Shown here one piece after another: positions 47,471-57,935 of a DNA stretch of 64,000 bases. The position numbers were made by a program, and so were the translations under genes. Source of the stretch: Candidatus Methanomethylicus oleisabuli (GTDB taxonomy: Archaea; Thermoproteota; Methanomethylicia; Methanomethylicales; Methanomethylicaceae); contig MAGU01000051.1 of the NCBI GenBank assembly GCA_001717025.1, positions 227 to 64,226 of the forward strand, read 5' to 3'. The notes below the pieces were generated by a model. It was not told the origin of the DNA. It made no database searches and worked only from the letters and a program-made list of their open reading frames with translations. The first letter of the stretch is position 1. The number at the start of each line of letters is the position of its first letter.

Positions 47471-48858
47471 CAGACGCGCCTCCTGTAGGTTATGCACCCT
47501 TCAGCAAGATGGGCTATCGCCCCTGCCTGCATCCGGGCATCTGCGAGATCCTTATCAAACGCGACAGCAAGGCCCATCCTCCTGCCCGCGTAAGCCGTTG
47601 GCTTGCCGAAGTACCACACGTCGCCTGTGGCGCCCTCAGGCATCTTGGCATTCAGCCTGCTTGCGTTCCACCCTGCGACCTCGACCTCGTCTGTTATGTT
47701 GTCGGGCGCGAGTACGACGTGAGCTACGCCGAAGACCCCTCCACGCGCTATCCTTATGGAGGACTTGCTAATCTGGAGCCCCAATGTCGACGTGAGTTGC
47801 AATGCCCCCTCGTCCATGTTGAGCATCCACCTCGTCACGAGGCCGGTGTCGTGCGGTCTGTTTGCAACCTCGTTGTTGTACACCTTGTCCCCTATCACGA
47901 ACTGCTCTACTGCATATATGCCAAGGCCGCCCATGAAATCTGCTATCTTCACGGCGCCCTCCCTGCACTTTTCCTCCGCATCCTTCGATATGGTGGCCGG
48001 CAGCCAGCTCTCGTGATAGGTGGCGCCCGGCCTCTTGTGCTCTATCGGCGGCAGCGTCGAATCGACTATCCTGCCATCCTCGTTGTAGTGCCTGACGACT
48101 ATCTGGGTTATCTCAGTCCCGCTCGTCTTCAACTCAGGGAGGTACTCCTCGACTATGACCTCGTTGCCGATGCCCCTCGCGTGCTCCACGGCGTGGGCGT
48201 AGCACTTAGCCAGCTCCTCCTCGGTCTTAACTATGGATGTCCCATGGCCGCTCGACGTCATCACGGGCTTCACTATCACAGGGAGCCCGAACTCCCTTGC
48301 TGCATCGTCAACCTCCTTGGCTGAGGCCGCATACCTCCATGCCGTCATCTCGAGACCAAGCTTGTCGAACATGATCTTCGTGGCGTGCCTATCCATGCAT
48401 ACAAGCGGTCCGAAGGGAGTTGACATTATCCTGTAGCCGCTCTCAATCCCCATCCTGTATGCCCTGTATGTGTCTATCCGCTCTACCTCGAGGTAGATCG
48501 CATGAGGCTCAGCGGGGTCGGGGATGTGCCTCCTGATGCGCTCCTCAAGGAGGTCCCCATTCATCATGTCGAAGCACTCTGAGACCTCTGCCGCATCCTG
48601 CGCTGGGAAGCCCTGGTACTTGTCGAAGGCGACCGCTTTGATGCCCCCCCTCATGCCGCCATAGTTCCTCTTTACCGCCGTGATGGCAAGGTCTCCCAGC
48701 TCGCCGCCTCCGACCGATATGAATGTTGCAGGCCTCCTGGGGTTGAGCACCTCGAGCGGCGAGAGCCTATCCTCCCACTCCCTCCGTAGCGAAGGTATCG
48801 TGCCTATGAGTTCGAACCTCTCTTCCTTACTCATGCTGTTGCCTTGCATCTCATCCAA
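47470..48858 (-). CDS. purT: formate-dependent phosphoribosylglycinamide formyltransferase (PurT, ATP-grasp)
   Basis: IVKPVMTSSGHGT, YHESWLP and ANRPHDTGLVT align with E. coli PurT (IVKPVMSSSGKGQ, YRESWQP, SPRPHDTGMVT). There is an N-terminal extension of about 40 aa. Confidence 0.75.
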   Translation of the reverse strand: MDEMQGNSMSKEERFELIGTIPSLRREWEDRLSPLEVLNPRRPATFISVGGGELGDLAITAVKRNYGGMRGGIKAVAFDKYQGFPAQDAAEVSECFDMMNGDLLEERIRRHIPDPAEPHAIYLEVERIDTYRAYRMGIESGYRIMSTPFGPLVCMDRHATKIMFDKLGLEMTAWRYAASAKEVDDAAREFGLPVIVKPVMTSSGHGTSIVKTEEELAKCYAHAVEHARGIGNEVIVEEYLPELKTSGTEITQIVVRHYNEDGRIVDSTLPPIEHKRPGATYHESWLPATISKDAEEKCREGAVKIADFMGGLGIYAVEQFVIGDKVYNNEVANRPHDTGLVTRWMLNMDEGALQLTSTLGLQISKSSIRIARGGVFGVAHVVLAPDNITDEVEVAGWNASRLNAKMPEGATGDVWYFGKPTAYAGRRMGLAVAFDKDLADARMQAGAIAHLAEGCITYRRRV

Positions 48859-50329
48859 CCTCCACGAGGCCCTTGCCCGGCACCCATATCATCCTCTTGC
48901 CGAGGAGCCCCTTCCTCTCTCTATACGTGTATATGTCCCTTGCCATGCTGCCCAGCTGGATCCTCCTGAGCAGCGACTTCTCAGACCCAATATCCTTTCT
49001 ATGGAACGTCCGCCAACCGTCCGTAAGCCTCACCCTCCTTGTCAACTCCTCCGCTCTCGCGCTCGCCTCAGGCAGCGTATCGCCGGTGCCGACGCACTCG
49101 ACAACCCTTGAGCCTCCTGTGCGGATAGCCCCTTCCGACTCCTCCGCCGATGCCCAGAGGATGCCATCCCATGGACCGTCAAGCGCAACCGGGTGACCCT
49201 TAGCAAGGTCCCTCTTGTCAGGGTATCCCTCTGGGCACACCGCTTTGACTGCCACCGCAACGTCTTCGAACTCTACCTTGATCGCGTTAAGGCGCTCCTC
49301 TATTATGCCCTCGCATATCTCGACCAGATCCGTCTTCAGAGCCGTCATAACGTTTCCCGCCTCCGGGTCCCCGAGCCTGGAGTACATCTCTATGATCGTT
49401 GGCCCCCACACAGACGTGAGCATCATCTGCCCTGCGGCTATGCCGTGATACTTCTGCCCCGTCTCCTTCTGGATGGCATCGATCATCTGCTTGACAATGT
49501 CGGCCGAGCGCTTGCACTCATCCTCGGTGATTATTGCCCGATCGTCGTCCACGCCCCACTTCAGGTTCATGCCGCAGGATATCGATCCCATGCCGCCAGT
49601 CTCCAGTCCGAGGTCGCCATCGAAGGCGTGCTTGTTGTCCTGCACAGCAGGCATCGGCACGACGGTCCTGCCGTCGGTGAAGCACTGCACGGTGTACTCT
49701 GGTCCCCACACCCTCTCCTCGATTAGGAGCTTGTATTCGATGTCGTCGTAATCCTTCATATGCTCCTTAACGATCATCTCTGCGTGCTCCTTCTTCACCT
49801 TGCGCTTATCCTCCTGCAGGTAGACTTGGAAGTCCTCGATTACCTTTACGCCCTTTCCGCCGGACTGCCTCGCAGGCTTGAGCGCCACGCTCTCGGCGTA
49901 CTCTTGGATATACGGCAGCGCCTCCTCGAAGGTCTTGAACTTCTTATACCAGAGGCGCCCCGGGATCCTGTACTTCCACTGGAGGTCCCGCATGCTCGCC
50001 TTCGACATCTCGAGCTCGGCGACCTTCCTGCCGGCGCCTATGCACTTGATGCCGCTCTCCTCGATGCGGTCTGGGACTCCATGGAAGTTCGGCTCCTCAG
50101 GGCCAATGAATACGAAATCAGCCCCTGCCTTCTGTGCCGCCCTTATTATCGCCGCCGAGTCGTTGATGCTTCCGAGGAAGAACTCGCCGCCTGTCTCCTT
50201 TACGACCTTGTTTATCCCTGGGTTCTTGAGGTCAGCGAAGCAGCTGATCCTCGGCTCTGTGGGGCTCCTCTTCAATGCCAGCGCTATCGCGTGCTCCCTT
50301 CCTGCGCCGCCAACAAGCAATATCTTCAT
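48851..50329 (-). CDS. purD: phosphoribosylamine-glycine ligase PurD
   Basis: MKILLVGGAGREHAIALAL is the canonical GARS N-terminus. ATP-grasp body. Confidence 0.85.
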   Translation of the reverse strand: MKILLVGGAGREHAIALALKRSPTEPRISCFADLKNPGINKVVKETGGEFFLGSINDSAAIIRAAQKAGADFVFIGPEEPNFHGVPDRIEESGIKCIGAGRKVAELEMSKASMRDLQWKYRIPGRLWYKKFKTFEEALPYIQEYAESVALKPARQSGGKGVKVIEDFQVYLQEDKRKVKKEHAEMIVKEHMKDYDDIEYKLLIEERVWGPEYTVQCFTDGRTVVPMPAVQDNKHAFDGDLGLETGGMGSISCGMNLKWGVDDDRAIITEDECKRSADIVKQMIDAIQKETGQKYHGIAAGQMMLTSVWGPTIIEMYSRLGDPEAGNVMTALKTDLVEICEGIIEERLNAIKVEFEDVAVAVKAVCPEGYPDKRDLAKGHPVALDGPWDGILWASAEESEGAIRTGGSRVVECVGTGDTLPEASARAEELTRRVRLTDGWRTFHRKDIGSEKSLLRRIQLGSMARDIYTYRERKGLLGKRMIWVPGKGLVEVG

Positions 50330-50333
50330 TACC

Positions 50334-51644
50334 TCACACCTCCGGATAACTGCAGCTGAAGCATCCCGTGCACAGCTCCTCCCCCTTCATACCCGTGGCA
50401 TCGATGAAACCATCGAGGCTCAGGTACCTAAACGAGTCGGCCCCGATGACCTCAGCAATCTTGTCCTCTGATAGGTGCTTGCCTATGAGCTCGTCCTCCC
50501 CCGGGACCTCCACGCCAAATGGGCAGTGCGAGATTATGTGCGGGCTACCTATCCTAACGTGTATCTCCTTTGCGCCCTTCTCCTTCATGAGGTACACTAT
50601 GTTTGCAAGGGTGTTCCCCCTCACGACGCTGTCGTCAATGAGGACGACCCTCTTCCCCCTTACCGCCTCGCTTATGACGTTGAGCTTGAGCTGGACGCCC
50701 TTTAGCCTCTCCACCTGGTTGGGCTTCATGGCGCTCCTTACCCTCCTGCCGGTCAGCTCGAAGCCCTTCTCGACCGGTATGCCCGTCTCATTCGCGTAAG
50801 CCATGGCAAAGGGCATCGCGGTCTCCGGAACCCCTATGACGACATCGGCATCAGCCGGGCTCTCTTGCGCAAGCTTCATGCCTATGTTGCGCCTCACCCT
50901 GTAGACCGGAACGTCGTTTATGTAAGAGTCGGGTCTCGCTAGGTAGACGTACTCGAAGCCGCAGTATGCCCTGCGCTTGGGGATCGAGAGCTGCTCGCTG
51001 TATGCCGACATAGGCGTGAATACCCTGACCTCGCCCGGCTCGATATTCTCTGCCGGGCTGATCGGCACCCTCTCACCTATGATGTCCATGACGCAGCTCT
51101 CTGAGGCTACTATCCCGCCGTCGAAGCCCATCTTTCCAAGGACGAGCGGCTTGACTCCAAGAGCGCCCCTCCCTGCAACCATCTCCTTTGCCGCATTTAC
51201 CGCTATGAACGAGAAGCCGCCACCGCATCTCCCGAAGAAGCCCTTGACGGACTCTATGTCGGTCCTATTATAGTAGAGCGAAACATACGCCCTCCTCAGG
51301 TTCGCCTCGTAGCCCAGCGAGGGGTCCCAAGCGTATCCATCGACCGATGTTATTTTACCATCTATGCTGACCGAAAGATCATCGGCCAGAGCCATCGGCT
51401 GCACCTCCGCCTCCTCTTGGGGATAGGGTGACACAGCACCTATGCATACGTGCCCATTTGCGGGGCTCGATGCCAACACCTGCTCCACGAGGCCCTTGCC
51501 AGCCAACTTGACGCGCGAATCTCCGAAGAGCTCCATGCCTGCCGTCTCCTGCCCCCTGTGCTGAAGCGCCATCAGCCCGAAGACGCCGAAGTTGTAAGCG
51601 TTCCATCTGCTATCGAAAAGGTATATGCCAAGAATTCCTGCCAT
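50334..51644 (-). CDS. amidophosphoribosyltransferase paralog lacking the N-terminal catalytic cysteine (MAGILGI instead of MCGI)
   Basis: Collinear with PurF (ALQHRGQETAG, PRPP loop VLIDDSVVRGNT, C-terminal Cys cluster). Codon 2 was verified as GCA (Ala) on the minus strand. Confidence 0.7.
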   Translation of the reverse strand: MAGILGIYLFDSRWNAYNFGVFGLMALQHRGQETAGMELFGDSRVKLAGKGLVEQVLASSPANGHVCIGAVSPYPQEEAEVQPMALADDLSVSIDGKITSVDGYAWDPSLGYEANLRRAYVSLYYNRTDIESVKGFFGRCGGGFSFIAVNAAKEMVAGRGALGVKPLVLGKMGFDGGIVASESCVMDIIGERVPISPAENIEPGEVRVFTPMSAYSEQLSIPKRRAYCGFEYVYLARPDSYINDVPVYRVRRNIGMKLAQESPADADVVIGVPETAMPFAMAYANETGIPVEKGFELTGRRVRSAMKPNQVERLKGVQLKLNVISEAVRGKRVVLIDDSVVRGNTLANIVYLMKEKGAKEIHVRIGSPHIISHCPFGVEVPGEDELIGKHLSEDKIAEVIGADSFRYLSLDGFIDATGMKGEELCTGCFSCSYPEV

Positions 51645-51648
51645 TTTT

Positions 51649-53127
51649 TCATGCCTCCATATTCAAATTTGCCTTTTCATATACTCTGTTTCCGTCTTTG
51701 CCGATAGCGGTCCTTGACCTGTCAGCGATCTTCTGCGCGAGCTCTGTCGGGTACCTGCCGCATGCGCAAGCCATGCACAGATCCCTCTCCTGCATGCCTG
51801 TGGCCCTGACATAGTCATCGATGCTCTGGAAGCAGACCGCGTCTGCCCCGATCTGCTTTGCGATGCCCGCCTCATCATGCGAGAATCCGATGAGCTCCGT
51901 GAACGTTGCCATGTCTATTCCATAGAAGCACGGATGAGTGATCCGAGGGAAGGTGACGAACATATACACCTTCTCTGCCCCGCACTCCCTCAGCTTCTTG
52001 ATTATGGTCTTCGTAGTGTCCCCCCTGACGATGCTGTCCTCGACCACTATTACGCGCTTGCCGCGTAGGCTACCATTTACAACGTTGATCTTCCTATCTA
52101 TGGTCGAGGTCCTGTCGTTCGAGTCGAGTATGAATGCGCGCTGAGTAACATACCTGTGCCTTCTGAGCCCCCTCTCCCACCTGAGCCCTGTCTCCTCATG
52201 AAGGCCGTATGCCGCATCGTCTGCGGTCTCCGGGATAGATATTATCACGTCGGCATCCCTCACGATTTCTTGGTATCGCCTACCTAAGTTCCTGCCGAAC
52301 TCCTCCCTGACGCTATAAACTGTCCTACCATTGATTATCGAATCCGGTCTAGCGAAGTAGGAGAACTCGAAGCTGCAGAAAGCCCTCCTGTTGCACTTGA
52401 AGAGCCTCTGCCTCTCGACTCCGTCGTTCGAGAATATGGCCACCTCTCCGGGTTCCACATCCCCTACCGTGTTCAGACCGTTTATGTCAAGGCCGACCGT
52501 CTCGGACGACACTGCGGTGACGGCCCCATCCTCGCTAGCACCCATGCACAGCGGCCTGATGCCGAGCGGATCCCTGAAAGCGAAGAGCTCTCCATCCGAC
52601 CTCAGGCCAATGACCGAATACGCCCCCTCCACGTCATTCATGCACCTCGCGATGCCTTCGGCGGTGCCGCTGCACATGTTTCCCGCAAGGTATCTGGCGA
52701 GCAACTCCGTATCTGAGCACGTCTTTAGTTTCGCGTTCATCTTTGAGACCCTCTCCCTAAGCCAACCTATGTTCACTAGGTTGCCGTTGAAGGCGATGCC
52801 CAGCCTCTCCTTTCCATTTGCGACGACCATGGGCTGCGCATCCTTTAGGTGCGAGTATACGTCCCGGTGTCCGGATGTGCCGTACCTGACATGCGATATT
52901 CCGACGCCGCCTGGCAGCAGGGCGTTCCATCTTATCATCTCCTCCTTCTCTATGCGGGGGACGAGGCCTAGGTCTACATATCTCTTGAATCCATCTGAGC
53001 ACGTCAGGAAACCGTAAGATTCGTGCCCCCTGTGGTTCTGGGCGACAAGCCCCCAATAGAGCGGAACGAATGCACCCTTTCCGCTGGCGCACCTAACCCC
53101 AAATACCCCGCACTTCTCGCTGAGCAA
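51649..53127 (-). CDS. purF: amidophosphoribosyltransferase PurF (with short propeptide)
   Basis: MLSEK-CGVFGV has Cys after a 5-aa propeptide. HRGHESYG, VVEDSIVRGDT (PRPP-binding loop) and a C-terminal CMACACG Cys cluster are present. Confidence 0.85.
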   Translation of the reverse strand: MLSEKCGVFGVRCASGKGAFVPLYWGLVAQNHRGHESYGFLTCSDGFKRYVDLGLVPRIEKEEMIRWNALLPGGVGISHVRYGTSGHRDVYSHLKDAQPMVVANGKERLGIAFNGNLVNIGWLRERVSKMNAKLKTCSDTELLARYLAGNMCSGTAEGIARCMNDVEGAYSVIGLRSDGELFAFRDPLGIRPLCMGASEDGAVTAVSSETVGLDINGLNTVGDVEPGEVAIFSNDGVERQRLFKCNRRAFCSFEFSYFARPDSIINGRTVYSVREEFGRNLGRRYQEIVRDADVIISIPETADDAAYGLHEETGLRWERGLRRHRYVTQRAFILDSNDRTSTIDRKINVVNGSLRGKRVIVVEDSIVRGDTTKTIIKKLRECGAEKVYMFVTFPRITHPCFYGIDMATFTELIGFSHDEAGIAKQIGADAVCFQSIDDYVRATGMQERDLCMACACGRYPTELAQKIADRSRTAIGKDGNRVYEKANLNMEA

Positions 53128-53197
53128 AAGATGACCCCGCCTGCTTTACTATAAACATTGGTATTTACCGCAATGCTTTTAAACTTTTTTTATACAT

Positions 53198-54127
53198 CTA
53201 TTTAAAAAGTTCATCAACGCTTGCGAGCCCGAGCTCATCCACGCTAGCGCCCTCAGCAATGACTCTATTGGCGCCTATGCACCTCTTCTCGACCTCCCTG
53301 ACGACCTGCCTTGGCAGCTCCGGGGCATTGCCCTCCCCAGTGAATCCCATCCTCCTTAAGCACTCCCTCAGAAACTCCTTGTCTAGGCAGTGCCTCTCCT
53401 GCGCCTCTCCTGCCCGGTAATGCTTGATTGCCCACATCCTTGCCGAATCATGCGTCGGCGGCTCATCTATCTGAATCAGTTCGCGGTTTGCAAACCCGAA
53501 CTCTATCTTGAAATCAGGTATTATTATCCCTCTACTCTTTGCCTCCCTCTCGTAGAACCCGAAGAGCCTCAGCGTCGCCTCCTCCAGCTCGTCCCAGGTG
53601 TGCCTGTCCATGAGCCGCCTCTCGATCGCCTGGTCCCTGGAGATCTCCTCGTCGTGTCCGACGTCTGCCTTGGTGGTTGGCGTTATTACCGGGGAAGGCA
53701 GCTCATCCGCCAAGCGTAGGCCGTCGGGGAACCTGATTCCATACATCTCGCGCCTGCCCTTGCTGTAAGCCCTCCATAGTGAGCCGTACAGGTACTTGCG
53801 TACTACCCACTCGACGTCCACCCTCTTCGCCTTGATCACCCTTATCGTCCTTTCGTCGACAACCTCTAGGAGGTGATTGGGGTAAACCTTCCTGCTCTTC
53901 TGCATCCAGTAGGCAGAGAGCTTGAGGAGGGACATCCCCTTGTTGGGGATCAGCGTTGGTAGCACAACGTCAAAGGCTGAGACCCTATCCGTGTGAAATA
54001 TCAGAAGCTCGTTGCCAACATCGTAGACGTCCCTTACCTTCCCTCTCTTCACAGTGCCTGCCTTCAGATCAGAGCGCCCTACGACCTCAACCTCTCTTCC
54101 AGTCAAAGGATCCTCAACAAATGACAC
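53198..54127 (-). CDS. purC: SAICAR synthetase PurC
   Basis: GKVRDVYDVG...LLIFHTDRVSAFD matches the PurC N-terminal ATP-binding and substrate motifs. Confidence 0.85.
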   Translation of the reverse strand: MSFVEDPLTGREVEVVGRSDLKAGTVKRGKVRDVYDVGNELLIFHTDRVSAFDVVLPTLIPNKGMSLLKLSAYWMQKSRKVYPNHLLEVVDERTIRVIKAKRVDVEWVVRKYLYGSLWRAYSKGRREMYGIRFPDGLRLADELPSPVITPTTKADVGHDEEISRDQAIERRLMDRHTWDELEEATLRLFGFYEREAKSRGIIIPDFKIEFGFANRELIQIDEPPTHDSARMWAIKHYRAGEAQERHCLDKEFLRECLRRMGFTGEGNAPELPRQVVREVEKRCIGANRVIAEGASVDELGLASVDELFK

Positions 54128-54208
54128 CCGCCGCCACCGTCATACACATTCGGCGGCACCCTATTTTATTTTTTTTGAGCCCTCCATTTAAAAAATTAGG
54201 GCACCCCT

Positions 54209-55021
54209 TCAGATAAGAGGGGGTAACGCCGCGACGCTGTCGAGCACCATGTCCGGCTTGATTCTGCTCGTTTTGGCCTCTGCCTCAGTCGTCGCGCCAG
54301 TCAGGACAAGGATCGTGAAGAGGCCTGCCGCCCTCCCCGCTTTGATGTCCATGCCAAGCGTATCGCCGACCATTGCCGTCTCGCTTGGCTCGGTACCAAG
54401 CCTCTCAAGCGCCATGCGCACTATTCGGGGAGACGGCTTACCTATTATCAGGGGCCTGGCACGTGTGGCCTCAACTATCAATCGGACTATGCTGCCTGCA
54501 CCGGGGAGATACCCCCCCTCGACTGGAAGATTTGGGTCAGCGTTTGTGGCTATAAACTTGGCGCCCCTTTGGATGGCATGGCATGCTGCAGCAAGCTTCT
54601 CGTAAGTCACCTTAGTGTCTAGCCCGCACACCATGTAATCGGCATCGCCCGCCCCGTCCTCGTCGAGGAGCTCGAAGCCCTCTGACCTCAGCGCTTCCCG
54701 CAGTCCATCCTCCCCAATGACGTAGCAGCTCCCCCCCTTCCTGCTCCTTGTCCTCAAGTACCTCGCCGTGGCTATCGACGACGTCATTATCTCCCGCTCG
54801 TCCGTGGCTATCCCCATTCCTGCAAGTTTTTCGACAAACTGCTTGGGGGTCTTAGTCGAGTTGTTTGTCAGGAAGAGCACCTTCCTGCCCTTGCTTCTCA
54901 ATGCCTTAATGGCCTCGGGCGCCCCTTCAATGACGCTGTTGCCACGGTAGACGCACCCGTCAAGGTCGAAGATGAACGCCACATGAGGCAGTCTGCCATG
55001 CATACGCTTTTGCACCGGCAC
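54209..55021 (-). CDS. HAD-superfamily hydrolase, subfamily IIA (NagD-like phosphatase)
   Basis: FIFDLDGCVYRG (motif I DxD), LTNNS (motif II), and C-terminal VGDTLGMDIKAGRAAG (motif IV). Confidence 0.75.
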   Translation of the reverse strand: MPVQKRMHGRLPHVAFIFDLDGCVYRGNSVIEGAPEAIKALRSKGRKVLFLTNNSTKTPKQFVEKLAGMGIATDEREIMTSSIATARYLRTRSRKGGSCYVIGEDGLREALRSEGFELLDEDGAGDADYMVCGLDTKVTYEKLAAACHAIQRGAKFIATNADPNLPVEGGYLPGAGSIVRLIVEATRARPLIIGKPSPRIVRMALERLGTEPSETAMVGDTLGMDIKAGRAAGLFTILVLTGATTEAEAKTSRIKPDMVLDSVAALPPLI

Positions 55022-55217
55022 AATGGGTCATATTTACGATTTGAGCTTAAAAGCTTTCAACATTCCCATCGGTTCCAGCATGCCCTCCGTCTGATGTGCG
55101 GCATTATTGCTTTTTGAATCGTGGCGCGCGCCTAGCCGATCCTGACGCATCAGCATTTAATAAAAACTTGACCATTTGCCCCATCATCATTATTAAAAAA
55201 AAGCAATAAATTAATAA

Positions 55218-56246
55218 ATGATTGCGGCTGAATACCGCTTGGCGATGCCTTTGAAGCGCAAGCATGTGTTGGTTGCCATAGCAATTGCCGCAATTATCTT
55301 CGTCGCAGGGATTGTCTACACGGCATCTCATACCCCCGGTGCGGAAAACGGCTCTATAAACGTCGTAGCAACGTTCTATCCGCTCGCTTACTTCGCGTCG
55401 GAGATCGGCGGAGATTACGCGTCGGTTGCCTCTCTAATACCCTACAACACCGAGGTCCATTCATGGCAGCCGTCGACCAATGACATGCTCGCTGCAAGCA
55501 ATGCCGACATCCTGATCTATAATGGGGCTGGCATCGACCGCTGGTTTGAGGATAGTCTGCTTACCGCAATCAACACAACGGGGAAGCTGGTGGTTGAGAC
55601 CGCCGCAGGCCTCCCGCTCATAGCCGGTTCCGAAGGCGATCCTTACCATGATCATGATTATGGGTCTGAACATGAGAACGAAACCGCTGAGAGTCAGGAG
55701 GTTCAGGATCATGGCTTGTATGATCCACATACTTGGATAAGCCCGGCTTTGGCACGACAGCAGGCGCAGAAGATATACGAGGCATTCGTGCAGCTCGACC
55801 CATCGCACAGCGCTTACTATGAGCAGCGCTGGGCATTACTTAGCGAGAAGCTCGAGGATTTGGACCAAGCCTACGCCCTAAACCTGTCGGCTAAGACGAA
55901 GAGCACCATCTTCGTGACCCATGGCGCATTTGGATACCTTGCCGATAGGTATGACTTCGAGCAGGTCTCTGTCATTGGCATCTCGGCCGACGAGCAACCC
56001 AGCGCCTCGGCATTTGCAGGAATTGTGGACCTGATGGTCGAGCGCGATACATACGTCATATTCCTTGATCCCGTATACGAAGACAAGTATGCCAATACCC
56101 TAAAGGCCGAGCTGGAATCGAGGACAAGCCATACCGTTACCATATTGGAACTATATCTCATGCTTGGTCCTGTGAACGGGATGGATTACTTCGATCAGAT
56201 GGAAGCAAATCTTTTAAATCTAAAGCTGGGTCTTGGTGTACCTTAA
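55218..56246 (+). CDS. znuA: metal (Zn-type) ABC transporter substrate-binding protein with His/Asp/Glu-rich loop
   Basis: TroA/ZnuA fold motifs (VVATFYPL, HSWQPS, DPHTWISP). The central loop DPYHDHDYGSEHENETAESQEVQDHGLYDPH is typical of ZnuA. Confidence 0.75.
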   Translation: MIAAEYRLAMPLKRKHVLVAIAIAAIIFVAGIVYTASHTPGAENGSINVVATFYPLAYFASEIGGDYASVASLIPYNTEVHSWQPSTNDMLAASNADILIYNGAGIDRWFEDSLLTAINTTGKLVVETAAGLPLIAGSEGDPYHDHDYGSEHENETAESQEVQDHGLYDPHTWISPALARQQAQKIYEAFVQLDPSHSAYYEQRWALLSEKLEDLDQAYALNLSAKTKSTIFVTHGAFGYLADRYDFEQVSVIGISADEQPSASAFAGIVDLMVERDTYVIFLDPVYEDKYANTLKAELESRTSHTVTILELYLMLGPVNGMDYFDQMEANLLNLKLGLGVP

Positions 56247-56269
56247 GCAGCGGCGTTAAGCTAGGGCGT

Positions 56270-57055
56270 ATGTCAATGGCAAACGAATGCGCGCTGGAAG
56301 TCGAGCACCTGAATGTTGCAAGGTCGGGCTCGCTGGTCATAAAGGACGCCTCCTTCAAGATATACCGCAGGGACTATGTGGGCGTGGTCGGTCCAAACGG
56401 CGGCGGCAAGACCACGCTCTTTCTTGCCATCTTGGGGATGATCCCCGCCCAGAGCGGCATCATCCGCATCTTCGGTCAGGAAGCGTCCTCATTCTCGAGC
56501 TGGGAGCGCGTCGCTTATGTCTCGCAGGACGCCATAAACTTTGACTCGAGCTTTCCTATCACCGTGCGCGAGCTCGTCTCGCTGGGAAGGGTCAAGAGGA
56601 GCAACCTCGGCAGACCTTTGAAGCGCGAGGACTGGCAGGCTGTGGACGACGCCCTTGACTTTATGGGTCTCATCGATATCAAGGAGAGGAGGGTGGGTCA
56701 GCTATCCGGCGGTCAAAAGCAGCGAGCCTTTGTTGCCAAGGCGCTCGTCAGGAATCCCGAGATCCTCTTTCTTGATGAGCCGATCGCCGGCATCGACGCT
56801 GCCACGCAGGAGAAGTTTTACCAGAAGATGAGCGACCTGAATGCCGAGCGGGGCATAACGATACTCATGGTGTCGCATGACCTTGCTGCCGTCTTCTGCC
56901 GGATGTCTAAGGTCATATGTGTAAACCGGAGCGTGAACGTATCCGAAATAAGTCCAGATACGGATCCGAACAGCATACTAAGGGAGGCTTATGGAGAGCA
57001 CTTCCATTTCGTCTACCACAGGCACGAATGCTCGGGGGCGTTTAAGGATGATTGA
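56270..57055 (+). CDS. znuC: metal ABC transporter ATP-binding protein
   Basis: Walker A GPNGGGKTT, signature LSGGQKQRAFVA, Walker B ILFLDEP. Confidence 0.85.
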   Translation: MSMANECALEVEHLNVARSGSLVIKDASFKIYRRDYVGVVGPNGGGKTTLFLAILGMIPAQSGIIRIFGQEASSFSSWERVAYVSQDAINFDSSFPITVRELVSLGRVKRSNLGRPLKREDWQAVDDALDFMGLIDIKERRVGQLSGGQKQRAFVAKALVRNPEILFLDEPIAGIDAATQEKFYQKMSDLNAERGITILMVSHDLAAVFCRMSKVICVNRSVNVSEISPDTDPNSILREAYGEHFHFVYHRHECSGAFKDD

Positions 57056-57866
57056 TATCTTCTCGCCGCTATTGAAGCTGCTTGGCTACCAGTTCTTCCA
57101 GTACGCCCTCATAGGCGGTGCACTGGCGACCCTCGCCTGCGCATGGATAGGTCTCTTCCTGATCCTTAGGAAAGAGTCGATGATAGTCGATGGGCTAGCC
57201 CATACCGCATTCGGGGGGATTGCCATCGGCGTCTTCTTCGCCATCAACCCACTGCTGCCTGCGCTGATAGTCTCCTCGATCGCAGTGCTCGCAATCTCCT
57301 ACATGAGGAAGAGGGGTCTAGCACAGTCCGACTCCGCAATCGCGGTAATGCTTGCCTTGGGGTTCTCGACGGGGCTTATCATCATCAGCCTTGCCGGCGG
57401 CTTCAATGTGGAGCTGTTCAGCTATCTCTTCGGGTCCATATTGACCATCAGCTACACAGACCTCATGATAGTGTCTGTCCTTAGCATCTCGGTCCTGCTA
57501 TTCCTCTCTATCTTCTACAAGGAGCTCCTCTGCATCGCATTCGACGAGGAGTCGTCAAGCCTCACAGGCATACCCGTCGAGATAATCTCGACCGCGTTCA
57601 ACATCATGGTAGCAGTAACCATCGTCGTCTCGATAAAGATAATCGGCATAATACTGGTCGTTGCGCTGATAGTCCTTCCCGCCCTCTCCGCCCTCCAGCT
57701 GCACCTTTCATTCAAGAAGACGATGGTTGCGACGGTGATCCTCGGAATAATCGGCGTTGTATCCGGGCTCTTCCTATCCGCTGTATACGACGTTGCAACA
57801 AGCGGCATAATCGTATTTGCCATGCTCGGGGTGTTCTTTATGTCTGTGCTAATCGGCCGCAGATGA
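57048..57866 (+). CDS. znuB: metal ABC transporter permease
   Basis: Eight or more TM helices of the ABC-3 (ZnuB/TroC) family. The start MIDIFSPL overlaps the znuC stop. Confidence 0.8.
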   Translation: MIDIFSPLLKLLGYQFFQYALIGGALATLACAWIGLFLILRKESMIVDGLAHTAFGGIAIGVFFAINPLLPALIVSSIAVLAISYMRKRGLAQSDSAIAVMLALGFSTGLIIISLAGGFNVELFSYLFGSILTISYTDLMIVSVLSISVLLFLSIFYKELLCIAFDEESSSLTGIPVEIISTAFNIMVAVTIVVSIKIIGIILVVALIVLPALSALQLHLSFKKTMVATVILGIIGVVSGLFLSAVYDVATSGIIVFAMLGVFFMSVLIGRR

Positions 57867-57935
57867 ATGGATTATATTGCAGCACATTGAGATTATATTA
57901 GTGTGGTTGTAATGGGGTTGGGGCGCTGATCAAAG

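Noticed and set aside
47509-48324. 271-aa plus-strand ORF antisense to purT
   Set aside because: No motifs, and Leu/Arg/Pro-rich. purT on the minus strand aligns convincingly with E. coli PurT.
54160-54215. Hairpin plus T-run downstream of the HAD hydrolase gene as an intrinsic terminator
   Set aside because: The stem is imperfect, and archaeal termination relies mainly on oligo-T. I could not tell it apart from the AT-rich promoter of the divergent neighbour.
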